Shown: piece by piece, positions 9,560 to 19,197 of the stretch
Numbering within the stretch: position 1 is the stretch's first letter
Layout of the letters: every line of letters starts with the position of its first letter
NCBI GenBank assembly: GCA_019828565.1
Contig: JAHDYR010000011.1
Location: forward strand, 257,072-321,071
Length of the DNA: 64,000 nucleotides
DNA from: Carpediemonas membranifera BICM
Lineage: Eukaryota > Protista > Fornicata
Direction of reading: 5' to 3'
Made by a program: the position numbers and the translations under genes
Notes under the pieces: generated by a model
What the model was told of the DNA's origin: nothing
Database searches by the model: none
The model's input: only the letters and a program-made list of their open reading frames with translations

Positions 9560-12500
9560 ATGATATCTTCTGACGCTGATAACCCCGTGGTTAGTACCAA
9601 TACACTTCCTGTTGGCACGCAGTTTCACCCTGAGATGCTTGAGACTGAAAATTGTCTGAGAGATGGCAATGCGGTGCCCATAGGACAACAACACGATGAG
9701 AAATATAACACTGGTACCGAGAATGAATTAGGCATGGGTGTAGGATCCTCTCTGCAGCCCATGCCCGGGTTCAACCGCAGTGACGTTCGAGAAAACACGG
9801 AATTGGACGTTACTAACGCCTTAGCTGCCGATCCAAGTCCTGAACCTGTCCAAGAGGCGATAGTGCAAGATAGCACGGATCATCTCCAAGCAGACAGCAC
9901 ATCGTCCCTCTCCCATGCGTCCAGCAGCGTTGCGTCCAACACAGACACAGAAGATGACGGACAAGGAGTGATCGCCCAGTACGAGCAAGGCCAACCTGAC
10001 CATGGTCTAGCTGACCAAGAGATTGATTGGGGGCTTCCTGGCGCCGAGCTCCTGCAGCCTGAGGCAGCACCCGACGTGCAGCTCAACATCTCCTTGAGAC
10101 AGGAAGGCACAATGTGGGTCCCTGGCCGTCCAGAAGCCGCAGCGCCTGTTGCACTCATCGATCTTCCCTCCGTGTCCCTCAGCGTGGCATCCACCACCGA
10201 GCCCAGATCGAGTAGCAGCCTAGGCACGCTATTGACGCATAGAGAGACCGTGCTGGATGAGCATCGCCGTCAGACGGGCCGGGTCCAGTCAGCTCTCGAG
10301 ATCATGGGCATCCTGCACGATGCTGGCCAGCTGACCCACCCAGTCGAGGTGCCACACTCTGTGCGGGCCATGCCAACCCTGCTGGACTTCACATTCGACC
10401 TCGACCGTGACTTCTCACATATCAGGAACGCCCAGAAACGAGCAGCCGCGGAGAGGGATGCCAGGAAGGCGCTGAAGAAGAAGATGGCAGTTCATGACAT
10501 CCAGATGGTTCAAGCGGAGAACGCTGAGCGCGCAGGGGTGTTGCAAGTGGTCGAGAACCACATTAACCTCGCCGTCAGGGGCCAGCTGAGACACATGGCC
10601 TTTGCGCCGCGAGTAAGCATCCCAGAGACGAACGTGCCCACCCCGCCGGCCGACGCTCTTCCTGATAGTGGGCCTACGTACGAGCTCAAGGAGACCAACT
10701 TCGCCAGCCGACTGTCCGACAGTCACATGAGGGGGCGGGTTGAGGAGTACGACGCCGTGCTGGCCATTCTCAATGTACGCACCGACCCTCTGCCCGCAAA
10801 ACCGACTAGGGCCGAACCCGATCTCCCAGAGCAGACTCCGGAGTGCCGGAGTAGTGATAAGCGAGTCAGAACGAAGGCGATGGTTCTGTGGCGGAAGAAG
10901 TGCGAGCGGGCCCGGAACAAGGTCATTACTACCGAGACCAGTGCGCTAGAGCAAGACACTGCCAAGCTCCAGACATTGTTGGAAGAAAGACGGGCCACGC
11001 TGATGGCCTGTCTGACACGTCCTCCGGCTACCAAGAAGAAAGCGCCGGGAGTTCCGAGGGAAGACGACCCAGAGGCAGGAAAGCGATTCGAGCACGACAC
11101 CATCGTTCGGTACTTCACGGCCATGTCGGGCATGACCGGCCTGAGGCTCATCAAGGCCCCCGCCGGGGATTCTTCCCTCGACGACGTCACCGCCGAGCTG
11201 GCTCGGGTGACTGTCGACCCCGTCTTCAACGTTGATGAGATCGAGCAGGCCCTTTACAACGACGCTGACCTGCACCGCGCCGACTACCTCTTGACCCAGG
11301 CCGATGCCTCTCCCGAGGACGACCGGGTCGACCAGCTTCGGGTCGACCTCGGTCGGTTGACACCTATACTCTCCCTCGCCAAGGACCCGATGCCCGCCCT
11401 CAGGGGCCGCGTTAAGGAGGCGCTGGAGAGGAGCGATGAGCTCCACACGCACGTCATTCGCGGCGACGTCAGCAAGATGCGCTCGAAGACGCTGCTCAGA
11501 GACAAACAATTCGGCCCCGTCGTCCTCAACTGCCTCGACCGGGAGGGCCAGTCGCCGCTGTACAAAGCCTTCCTGCACAACCAGGACAAGGCCTTCGCGG
11601 CGCTACTGAATGCCGGCTGCCTGCTCGAGGACGCCTTCCCTGATGGCCACCCGCTGCTGGCCGCAGTCGCCAATCCGCTGATGCTTAACGCACTTCTCGC
11701 GACAAAGCTTGAAGTCAACACGGTTAGCGGAAACACAACTGCGCTTGTCTCTGCCATCCAGGGCGGCCACTGGGACTCGGCGTTGGAGCTGCTCAACAAC
11801 GGCGCCGACCCCCTCCTCCCTCCAGACAACAACTCGTGGTATGCTGCCTTGGTCTCCCCAGACAGCATATTCGCGCAGCTCATCCAGCATGAGATCCAGA
11901 CTGTCATCTCTCGTCGACTCGCCGAGGCGGTCTCCCGAGTCGATATCAGCGGTGTGAAGCGTCTACTCTCCGCACAGGTCATCCCATATGGATCAGAGAG
12001 ACATCTCACTGCCCCACTATTCGCAGCTGTCAGGACTGGCAGCCTCGAGTGTGTCAGCGTTTTACTGGGGCATGGTGCCGATCCCAGAGCCACACTGGGC
12101 GATCGAACGGCCCTGCAGCTGTGCAAGGGAAACAAGCACATGGAATTCGTGCTGTCACGGACGGTCGAAGCCACGAACCGCGGTGTTTCGGTCGAGCGGG
12201 GTGTTAAAGCCAAGCTGCCAGCCCGCCCCGCGCTCAACTATCGTCCGGCCGACTCGACAGAGGTCGAGACGTTCCCTATTCGCGATGCAGTTTGCTCTAA
12301 TCTGCACCAGGGATTCGGACTGAGCAACGCCCGCTACCGCAACAACCCTGGCGGGGGTGACTGCGCCATCTTCGCCCTACACAACCTTGACCCGACCCTC
12401 TTCAGCAACGATACCGTCCGTACCCGCGCCGCAGCTCGCTCTCTCCTTGCGAAGCCCCAGCCCGTGCTCGACCTGGCAGAGACGGGGTTCACGACCCCGC

Positions 12501-14824
12501 AGCTCCGCGAGATGTTCGAGGGCAGTAACTTCGTCAACCTGCCCGCACTCTGGGCGATCCAGCTGTACCTGTCGGGGCGGGTCAAGCGTGACACCGTCGG
12601 CCAGTTCCTGCTGTACCAGTACGCCAGTGTTTCGGACAATAGCGGCGCCCATAGAACCATCGAGCGCTTCCACATCGAGCTGACCAACGACAAGTTCATG
12701 CTTCGCTGCACCTACCCAGAGCCAAAGGTGACCAGTGAATGGACCGCATTCGCCGAGGGTGTCGGGTACTGCCACGGCCACTACTTCAACGTCTACCCCA
12801 CGAAGCCTGTGAGTCAGCCTGACATGTGGTATAGCGTCGGCGCAGTGCCCGAGCCCGAGTCCACGTCGGTCTCAGTGTCGCAACCGGCCACTAGTAAGGC
12901 CTCAGTGCCCCACAGGAACGCCGCGGGGCAGCAGGACCGGCAGCCGTCAAAGCGCGTATCCGCCCTTTTGTCTTCAGGGATCACCCTTCTGAAGCAGAAG
13001 AGGTCGCCACCCAGCAAACCGGAGGTGAGCGCTGCCCTTTTGCACTGTCACTCCCTCGCTACCGCGAAGACCGGATCAATCCCCGGGGACATCCCCTCGC
13101 TGCTCCGACACGCCTACTCCAGACACTTCGGCAAGATCATGCCCTCTGAGAGGGCCTCCACTGAGCCAGCTGACGACGACTCCTTCGACGACAGCACTCG
13201 CGAGGAGTTACTTGCCCTTCTCGACGGCATCCCCACGCTCAAGCCCAAGGCACAGGCCCTTCTCAACCGCGCCCGCTCGATCCTCACAGACGGCCCCCCG
13301 CTGTCCATGAACGTCGAGCTGGCTGACGGGCAGGACCTCCCGGACGCCCTGCACACCCTGCTCCATGGCACTCTCTGGGCCGTGATGATGGCAGCTGGGG
13401 CTGACCCAGACCTCGACGAGACCCTGCCATCCAAGCTCAGCGAACTATACACGACTCAGGCCAAGTGCCTCTGGTTCATGTGTAAGAAGCTTTACTTCTG
13501 TCAGCATGTCGCCAGCCGCGACAGTGACATTTACGTGAACAGTGAGCTCCGTTTCGTGCAAAATGGCGACGCTTACGCGCACATTCTCTACCACGGTCGC
13601 CTCTTCCTGGCCAATTCAGAGAAAGAAAGGCCTTTTACCCGCGCCGCCATGGCGCTTTCTAGCCGTGTCGAAGGAACAGACCCCTTCATCGCCGTGACGC
13701 CCCGGGGTTTATGGGAATGGAAGAAGGACAACCTCCCCACTCGTGTCAGGTTCAGAACAAGCCCACAAGCGGCGGAGTACGAGCGATGCCTTCAGCCCTG
13801 GTCCAAGGATCGTCTCGTGAAGGAGGTTATCTTCGGCGACTTCACCGTCATCGTCGTCACGGAGGCGGGTCTATTTGCTTCGGGTTCAGGTGCACCTGCC
13901 TTCGTAGGGAATGTGCGCCATGGTGAATCGCGGCTCAACCCCATCTTCCTCCCAGACGGCTTCATCCCAGAGAGAGTGCAGTTTAGGCATAACGTCGCAG
14001 TTTTAACCATGAGCGATCGGCAGATGATATCGGGTAGGAACGACTCAGGTCAGCTTGGACTCGGGCACAGCAACAGCATGACCGGCTTCGTCGATCTGCC
14101 GTTCCATGTTGATTCCATCCTAACCGGCGACCACGCGGACTTCTCCAACTTCTTCGAGAGTAACAACCGCATTTTGTTCGTAGGTCATGTGTGGCCTCAG
14201 CTTGTGGCCTCTGGCTTGCTACCTGGTTTCGAAGAAGAAGACACCTGTGTCGAGCCGACGCCCCTTCGTTACCAGGAGCCGGTCAAGGCTTTCTTCAGTG
14301 ATGACAGTCGTCTTGTCTGGGTGACCGAGGGCGAGACGCATTACGTCCGAAAGATGGACGGGATTCCACTCAGCGAGTTCACGCTGCCGTTTGAGATCAC
14401 CCACATTGTTCCAGATTCTATCGACAGGCTCAGTATTCTTCGTGTCATACTAACTAGAAGAATGAATGAAGATGACTGCGACTGCGGCATATCACCTGAT
14501 GGACACCAAGACCGTTTCCGCGACACTGCTGGCATCTGGCACGAGCTGGCGGCCGTGACCAACTCGGTGCCCATACTGTTCGACTGTCCCGAGCCTACCG
14601 AGGATCATAAGCCTGTATTTACGGTCGACGTCCAGCCGGGGGAATATCCGAGTCAAGTCGCCCGGATCACCAAAGCTGAGCGGGAGAAGATGAATGAATC
14701 ACAGCATGGCCCCGAGAGGAAGTGGGAGCGCGACAACGACAGCGATAGCGATGATGAGGATATCTTGGGGGCACTTGACATGGATACCAGGATGCAGCTC
14801 ATGCTTCAGTCAATGATGTCATAG
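9560..14824 (+). CDS. 1754-aa multidomain protein: disordered/coiled-coil N-terminus, ankyrin repeats, OTU-like cysteine protease, RCC1-like family module
   Basis: Ankyrin motifs GQSPLYKA, TTALVSAIQGGH..LLNNGADP, APLFAAVRTGSLECVSVLLGHGADP. OTU-like NNPGGGDCAIFAL...GHYF. The C-terminal third is paralogous to 3205-4794. Start codon uncertain. Confidence 0.8.
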   Translation: MISSDADNPVVSTNTLPVGTQFHPEMLETENCLRDGNAVPIGQQHDEKYNTGTENELGMGVGSSLQPMPGFNRSDVRENTELDVTNALAADPSPEPVQEAIVQDSTDHLQADSTSSLSHASSSVASNTDTEDDGQGVIAQYEQGQPDHGLADQEIDWGLPGAELLQPEAAPDVQLNISLRQEGTMWVPGRPEAAAPVALIDLPSVSLSVASTTEPRSSSSLGTLLTHRETVLDEHRRQTGRVQSALEIMGILHDAGQLTHPVEVPHSVRAMPTLLDFTFDLDRDFSHIRNAQKRAAAERDARKALKKKMAVHDIQMVQAENAERAGVLQVVENHINLAVRGQLRHMAFAPRVSIPETNVPTPPADALPDSGPTYELKETNFASRLSDSHMRGRVEEYDAVLAILNVRTDPLPAKPTRAEPDLPEQTPECRSSDKRVRTKAMVLWRKKCERARNKVITTETSALEQDTAKLQTLLEERRATLMACLTRPPATKKKAPGVPREDDPEAGKRFEHDTIVRYFTAMSGMTGLRLIKAPAGDSSLDDVTAELARVTVDPVFNVDEIEQALYNDADLHRADYLLTQADASPEDDRVDQLRVDLGRLTPILSLAKDPMPALRGRVKEALERSDELHTHVIRGDVSKMRSKTLLRDKQFGPVVLNCLDREGQSPLYKAFLHNQDKAFAALLNAGCLLEDAFPDGHPLLAAVANPLMLNALLATKLEVNTVSGNTTALVSAIQGGHWDSALELLNNGADPLLPPDNNSWYAALVSPDSIFAQLIQHEIQTVISRRLAEAVSRVDISGVKRLLSAQVIPYGSERHLTAPLFAAVRTGSLECVSVLLGHGADPRATLGDRTALQLCKGNKHMEFVLSRTVEATNRGVSVERGVKAKLPARPALNYRPADSTEVETFPIRDAVCSNLHQGFGLSNARYRNNPGGGDCAIFALHNLDPTLFSNDTVRTRAAARSLLAKPQPVLDLAETGFTTPQLREMFEGSNFVNLPALWAIQLYLSGRVKRDTVGQFLLYQYASVSDNSGAHRTIERFHIELTNDKFMLRCTYPEPKVTSEWTAFAEGVGYCHGHYFNVYPTKPVSQPDMWYSVGAVPEPESTSVSVSQPATSKASVPHRNAAGQQDRQPSKRVSALLSSGITLLKQKRSPPSKPEVSAALLHCHSLATAKTGSIPGDIPSLLRHAYSRHFGKIMPSERASTEPADDDSFDDSTREELLALLDGIPTLKPKAQALLNRARSILTDGPPLSMNVELADGQDLPDALHTLLHGTLWAVMMAAGADPDLDETLPSKLSELYTTQAKCLWFMCKKLYFCQHVASRDSDIYVNSELRFVQNGDAYAHILYHGRLFLANSEKERPFTRAAMALSSRVEGTDPFIAVTPRGLWEWKKDNLPTRVRFRTSPQAAEYERCLQPWSKDRLVKEVIFGDFTVIVVTEAGLFASGSGAPAFVGNVRHGESRLNPIFLPDGFIPERVQFRHNVAVLTMSDRQMISGRNDSGQLGLGHSNSMTGFVDLPFHVDSILTGDHADFSNFFESNNRILFVGHVWPQLVASGLLPGFEEEDTCVEPTPLRYQEPVKAFFSDDSRLVWVTEGETHYVRKMDGIPLSEFTLPFEITHIVPDSIDRLSILRVILTRRMNEDDCDCGISPDGHQDRFRDTAGIWHELAAVTNSVPILFDCPEPTEDHKPVFTVDVQPGEYPSQVARITKAEREKMNESQHGPERKWERDNDSDSDDEDILGALDMDTRMQLMLQSMMS

Positions 14825-15261
14825 TGCCTGTGTCGGTCTATCGATTGTAAAAATGTAAGTATAAGATTTTATTTATGCGTGGTCCAATCGCGACCATGGG
14901 GAGCGTGCAGCCCAACCATGAATCGGAATAATGTTGCCTGCCGTTGGGGGTGCTGTTGGTACATTACAGCCCCAGCTCCGTGTCGCTGACGCCGAGGTGC
15001 TTGAGGTGCTCGGCTCTCTTGGTCAGTCGTCTCGACTGACACTCCCAGGCCCCGGTGTAGTTTCAGCTTCACGAGATCAGAACACTTTCTTACAGCTGCA
15101 GTCCAGGTCAAGTTTCGTGAGAGTGCAGCTTGGGTACGGCGGGGCTGTGCGCCATGCGCGAGGCGGAGACGCCTGCAATCAGGGCCACGACCGCAAGACT
15201 GTGACTGGATCGTTCAATACCCAACCCAACCTTAAATAAACGATAACCTGCGTTTTAAAGT

Positions 15262-16410
15262 TTAAAGAAGCGTACCATCCATCGCAGCCGCTCTTACATC
15301 CGCCTTAAGGCCTCTGCCCCGCTCGACCTCGCTAAGCCGAGAAGCCTTCGACTCCCCCGCAGTCCCAGCAATGTTACACCGGTCGACATCGAGCATGGCA
15401 TGGACAGGCGACTCCTGCGTGTGGACATGACTCAACAGCCCCTCGCCGAGGAGTTTGCTGATCGTGTCATAGCGCATGATGGCCGCCCAGGTGCGGAGCT
15501 CAAGCTTCATGGCAGCCACTGTGTTGGCGACCTGGTGGCCCTCGCCGTCCACGCCCATGTGCTTCACCACGGTGAGTGTCTTAACCTGCACGGGACCATT
15601 ACCAGTGAGTGTGGCGGCGAGGTCCCGGAACGTGGCCCGCTGGACCTTCTTGTCGTCCTTGCTGAGGCTCTTAGCGCTCCCCTCGGCGAGTTCATCGATG
15701 AGCTCCAGCATCATCGGCTTACGTTCCTTGAGTCCGCTTGATTTGGTCGATTGGACAAGGATCCCGAGCAGCTGGCCCGTATGGATACGGACGCCGACGT
15801 CTCCGTGCTCTAGATACTTGAGAATGGAGGCTGCCTTACTGTCTGCGAACTTGGTGGCGAGGCTGGGGCGGAGGGAGGTGACAATCAAGCTAATCGAGTC
15901 GAGACAAGCCATGATATAGCCGGGGTGAGCTTTCCTTCCAACAGCCATGTCTGTAGCCTGGAATCCCTTTGATCCGAAGGCGTGTTCGGCAAGGAGGTCG
16001 AGGCTGTCGAAGGCTTGGTCCTCTTCGAGTACAGCAAAGGCCACAGCGCCAAGGCAATGGTAGGCATTGACGCGGAGGTTTGGCTGCTTGGAAGTACAGA
16101 GGCGCTTGATGGAATCGAGGCATTCGACGACGAGAACTGAGGCTTCCTCGGCCAAAGTGATGACGGCGACGCTGATAAAAAGGAGAGCTTCGGGAAGAGG
16201 CTTCTTAGAACGGAGATTCTGAGCAGTATACATGGATATTGTCTCGATATACCTCCCGACATCCTCAAGGGCATTCGTATTGTCGCGCAAAAACTTGATC
16301 AGGCCGGCGAAACCTTGTCGAGCGGCAAGCGGCGCCTTCTCGCCGATAAGCTCGACCCAATTCGGATCCCACTCTGTTTTACGTACCTGAGATGCAAAAT
16401 CACTGTCCAT
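15262..16410 (-). CDS. IFRD: Interferon-related developmental regulator (IFRD) family ARM-like protein
   Basis: LEHGDVGVRIHTGQLLGIL, LAEGSAKSLSKDDKKVQRATFRDL and ELRTWAAIMRYDTISKLLGEGLLSH match IFRD family motifs. Start taken at MDSDF. Confidence 0.8.
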   Translation of the reverse strand: MDSDFASQVRKTEWDPNWVELIGEKAPLAARQGFAGLIKFLRDNTNALEDVGRYIETISMYTAQNLRSKKPLPEALLFISVAVITLAEEASVLVVECLDSIKRLCTSKQPNLRVNAYHCLGAVAFAVLEEDQAFDSLDLLAEHAFGSKGFQATDMAVGRKAHPGYIMACLDSISLIVTSLRPSLATKFADSKAASILKYLEHGDVGVRIHTGQLLGILVQSTKSSGLKERKPMMLELIDELAEGSAKSLSKDDKKVQRATFRDLAATLTGNGPVQVKTLTVVKHMGVDGEGHQVANTVAAMKLELRTWAAIMRYDTISKLLGEGLLSHVHTQESPVHAMLDVDRCNIAGTAGESKASRLSEVERGRGLKADVRAAAMDGTLL

Positions 16411-16590
16411 GGCGATGTGATGGCGATCAGCGTCGGCAACTGGGTTATCATGCGAGGTGCAATCTCGTCTTCGCAGGCGGATAAATGCACACCACTGGGT
16501 AGGGCTAAGGTGGGCCATGGGCACCAATTCCCGTGTTGGCGGACCATTTTTGTCATTTTTGTCAGATCTGACAATTCATTATCCGAAGCG

Positions 16591-17822
16591 ATGCCTGAGG
16601 ATAGTACAGCCGAAGTGTTTCAATTGAGTATAGATTTAGGACAAGGAGGTGTTGTTCCCGGTAATATCACGTTTTCAGTGTCCTCGATGCGTTCTTCAAT
16701 CCTGAATGTGGCCATGTGTGTCAATATCACCAATGATCAGATAATACCGCTAGCGTTCCACACAAAGCTCATAGGATCCCAATACGGGCCCAATGCATTC
16801 ACAGTAATGACCCGCTTCAGCGTATGCTTCCAGTCCTCCCCTTCACACAGCGGCACGTCACCCAGTCCGCTTCGAGTCTGAGCCGCGGCGGTGCACTCAA
16901 TGCAGCAGTCAACATGGTTGGTAGCAGTATATTTGACAGTGAGATGCTTTCAGTAACTTTCCCAACTCTTCTAGGGAACGAACTCCCGCAATGCTTCCGC
17001 CCACTCGTGCTTCAAAAGAGCTTGAGCTCGTTCTCTGTGGCTGGAAGCATCACATACTCATCGCTAGAACTGTCTATTTCCAAGATATTCCTGGTCACTG
17101 CGATCCCGCCGCATCTTCGAACAGTTGGCCTCGTCGCACAAATGATCATGTCGTTTGAGAGCCTCGCCCGACGCCTACCAGGCAGCCCAACGATCGAGGT
17201 GCTTACCATCCCGCCCGGAGTACATATTGACACCCATCTTTCAACGACGGTAGCTCAAGGCTCCCAGCTTGTTCTTATGAACCCGGCTTACCCAAACGAT
17301 ATGGCAGAATACCATGCCCTGGTCGTGGATGACCACACCAAGGGTACTCCTATGGCTACTGGCGCAGTCATTCAGTTAGACATCGCACCAGCAGCATTTC
17401 AAACCTCCCATGCCCTTGCCAACACATGTCGGACGATCGCTCCCTGTCTCGAGAAGGCGATTACAGGGACAGTACGCCGAGGCGTGTGCTCTTTAGTAAT
17501 GCCCTCGACCCATTCCCGCCGAACAACAACCATGGAGCGACCAGCAATGACCAGGCAAGAGAGAGACGCCCTCGCTCTCGCCGTGGCCCACGCCCTGCTC
17601 CAACAGTTCAAACCAGGCCCACTCCGTACCCGCCCCAAGTCCCAACGTAGCCGCGGGAGCAGATCTAGGAAGGGGAGCACGAGGTCCAGGTCGACCCCAG
17701 GAAACGCCATGGCTGGGGCAGACCCGTGGGACGACGTGGAGGGCGGTGGAGTGGGCATGGAGGTGTGGAGCAAGCAGACTGGACGGAATGACGAGGCGCT
17801 CAGGGCGGACCAGGGGAAGTGA
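16591..17822 (+). CDS. Hypothetical protein (~400 aa); intron 16822-16850
   Basis: The 29-nt intron GTATGC...TCACACAG joins two ORFs exactly in frame. No family recognised. Confidence 0.6.
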
Positions 17823-17989
17823 GGATGGTGATAGTGGTGGTGTGGTTGGTATGGCGTGAGACTGGATTATCGAGTAAACGCAAGTCCATTTATGGTCACT
17901 GACGGCGTCGTATAGCGGCGCAGGCTCGATTTGCAGGATTTACGTTAGCCATAAATGTCTACAAGCAACGAGAATCAGCGATTCTGGCG

Positions 17990-19091
17990 ATGGAAAGATT
18001 TTCAGCGTTCAGAGGTTTGTTGAACAGTAGTCAAACCTCACACAGATCACCTTAGTCCCGTTTGGGCCGTGGATATCTCCCCCAACGGCGAGTACATGGC
18101 GACTGGCGGCAGTGACGGCCTCCTGTTCTTGTACCAGCGCAATACGGAGGGGAAATATGTACAGGTGGCCAAGCAGGATATCCGCACACCCCAGGGGCCC
18201 ACCACAGTGCGTTCAGTTCGCTTCAGCCCGGACTCGAAGCGCGTTGCCACGGCCTGTTTCGACGCCAAGGTCCACATATGGTCAATCCTGCCTGGAAGTG
18301 CCGAGGAGGAGTCCGAAGAGCCTCGTATGAAGGCCGTCGACCCTCTGGATGGCCACTCCAACGAGGTGAAGAGCGTCTCTTGGTCCCACGACGGCCTGCT
18401 GCTCGCCTCCACCGCCAGAGACAGGAAGGTTGTTGTTTGGCAGGACAATGAGATGGGCGACTACGAGTGCATGGATGTTATCGAGGGCAAGCACGTTCAG
18501 GACGTCAAGGTTGTCTCGTTCCATCCGACAGAGGATATTCTCGCCTCTGCCTCTTACGACAACACCGTACAGGTCTACGACGGCCAGGAGGGCATGGAAT
18601 GGGAGCACGTGTGGGGCTCCAAGTCCCCTGTGCCTCCTGAGACAGCCGAGGTCCACCCCACGGATGCCCATGGCACCGAGGCCCACAGAGCAACGGTGTG
18701 GGACGTTGCGTGGGCCCCCCAAGGCAAAGAGTTTGTTACAGTATCGTCTGATCTCTCCATGAAGCTGTGGCGGCCTGCAGGCGAGGGCTACGAGGTGGCC
18801 CAGACCATTGTGGGATTTACGAAGTTCGTACCAATCAGGGCCGTGTGGCTGGGCGATCACGTGTTTGTAACCGGAGCGGAGTCCAAGGTCTTTGTCTTCA
18901 AGCGTGGAGCCCCGGCCGGCGGATGCACTGTACTGGGCGAGTCGGAGGCAGGCTTCGGACTCGTCGAGACGTATACAACCGAACATGACGGCGAAGTCAA
19001 CAACATGGCAGTCCGCGCAGTAGACGGAGGTGTGGTAGTAGTCACCGTTGGCGATGACGGGGCGGCTATTATCAGCAGGCTAAACTTCTAA
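17990..19091 (+). CDS. CIA1: Cytosolic Fe-S assembly WD40 protein Cia1/CIAO1; intron 18015-18045
   Basis: Motifs LDGHSNEVKSVSWS, LLASTARDRKV, YECMDVI..HVQDVKVVSFHP and ILASASYDNT. Splicing gives N-terminus MERFSAFRDHLSPVWAV. Confidence 0.92.
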
Positions 19092-19197
19092 CTCACATTT
19101 CCAGTGTGCAGCATTATTAATATCCCCCCTCACCTCCCTATTATAAACGTAGCACCACTATTTACACCATGCGGGTCCGTTACAACCCACGCAGCCC

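Noticed and set aside
14869-15239. Short ORFs downstream of the giant gene
   Set aside because: No ATG-led coherent frame or motif; possibly decayed coding debris.
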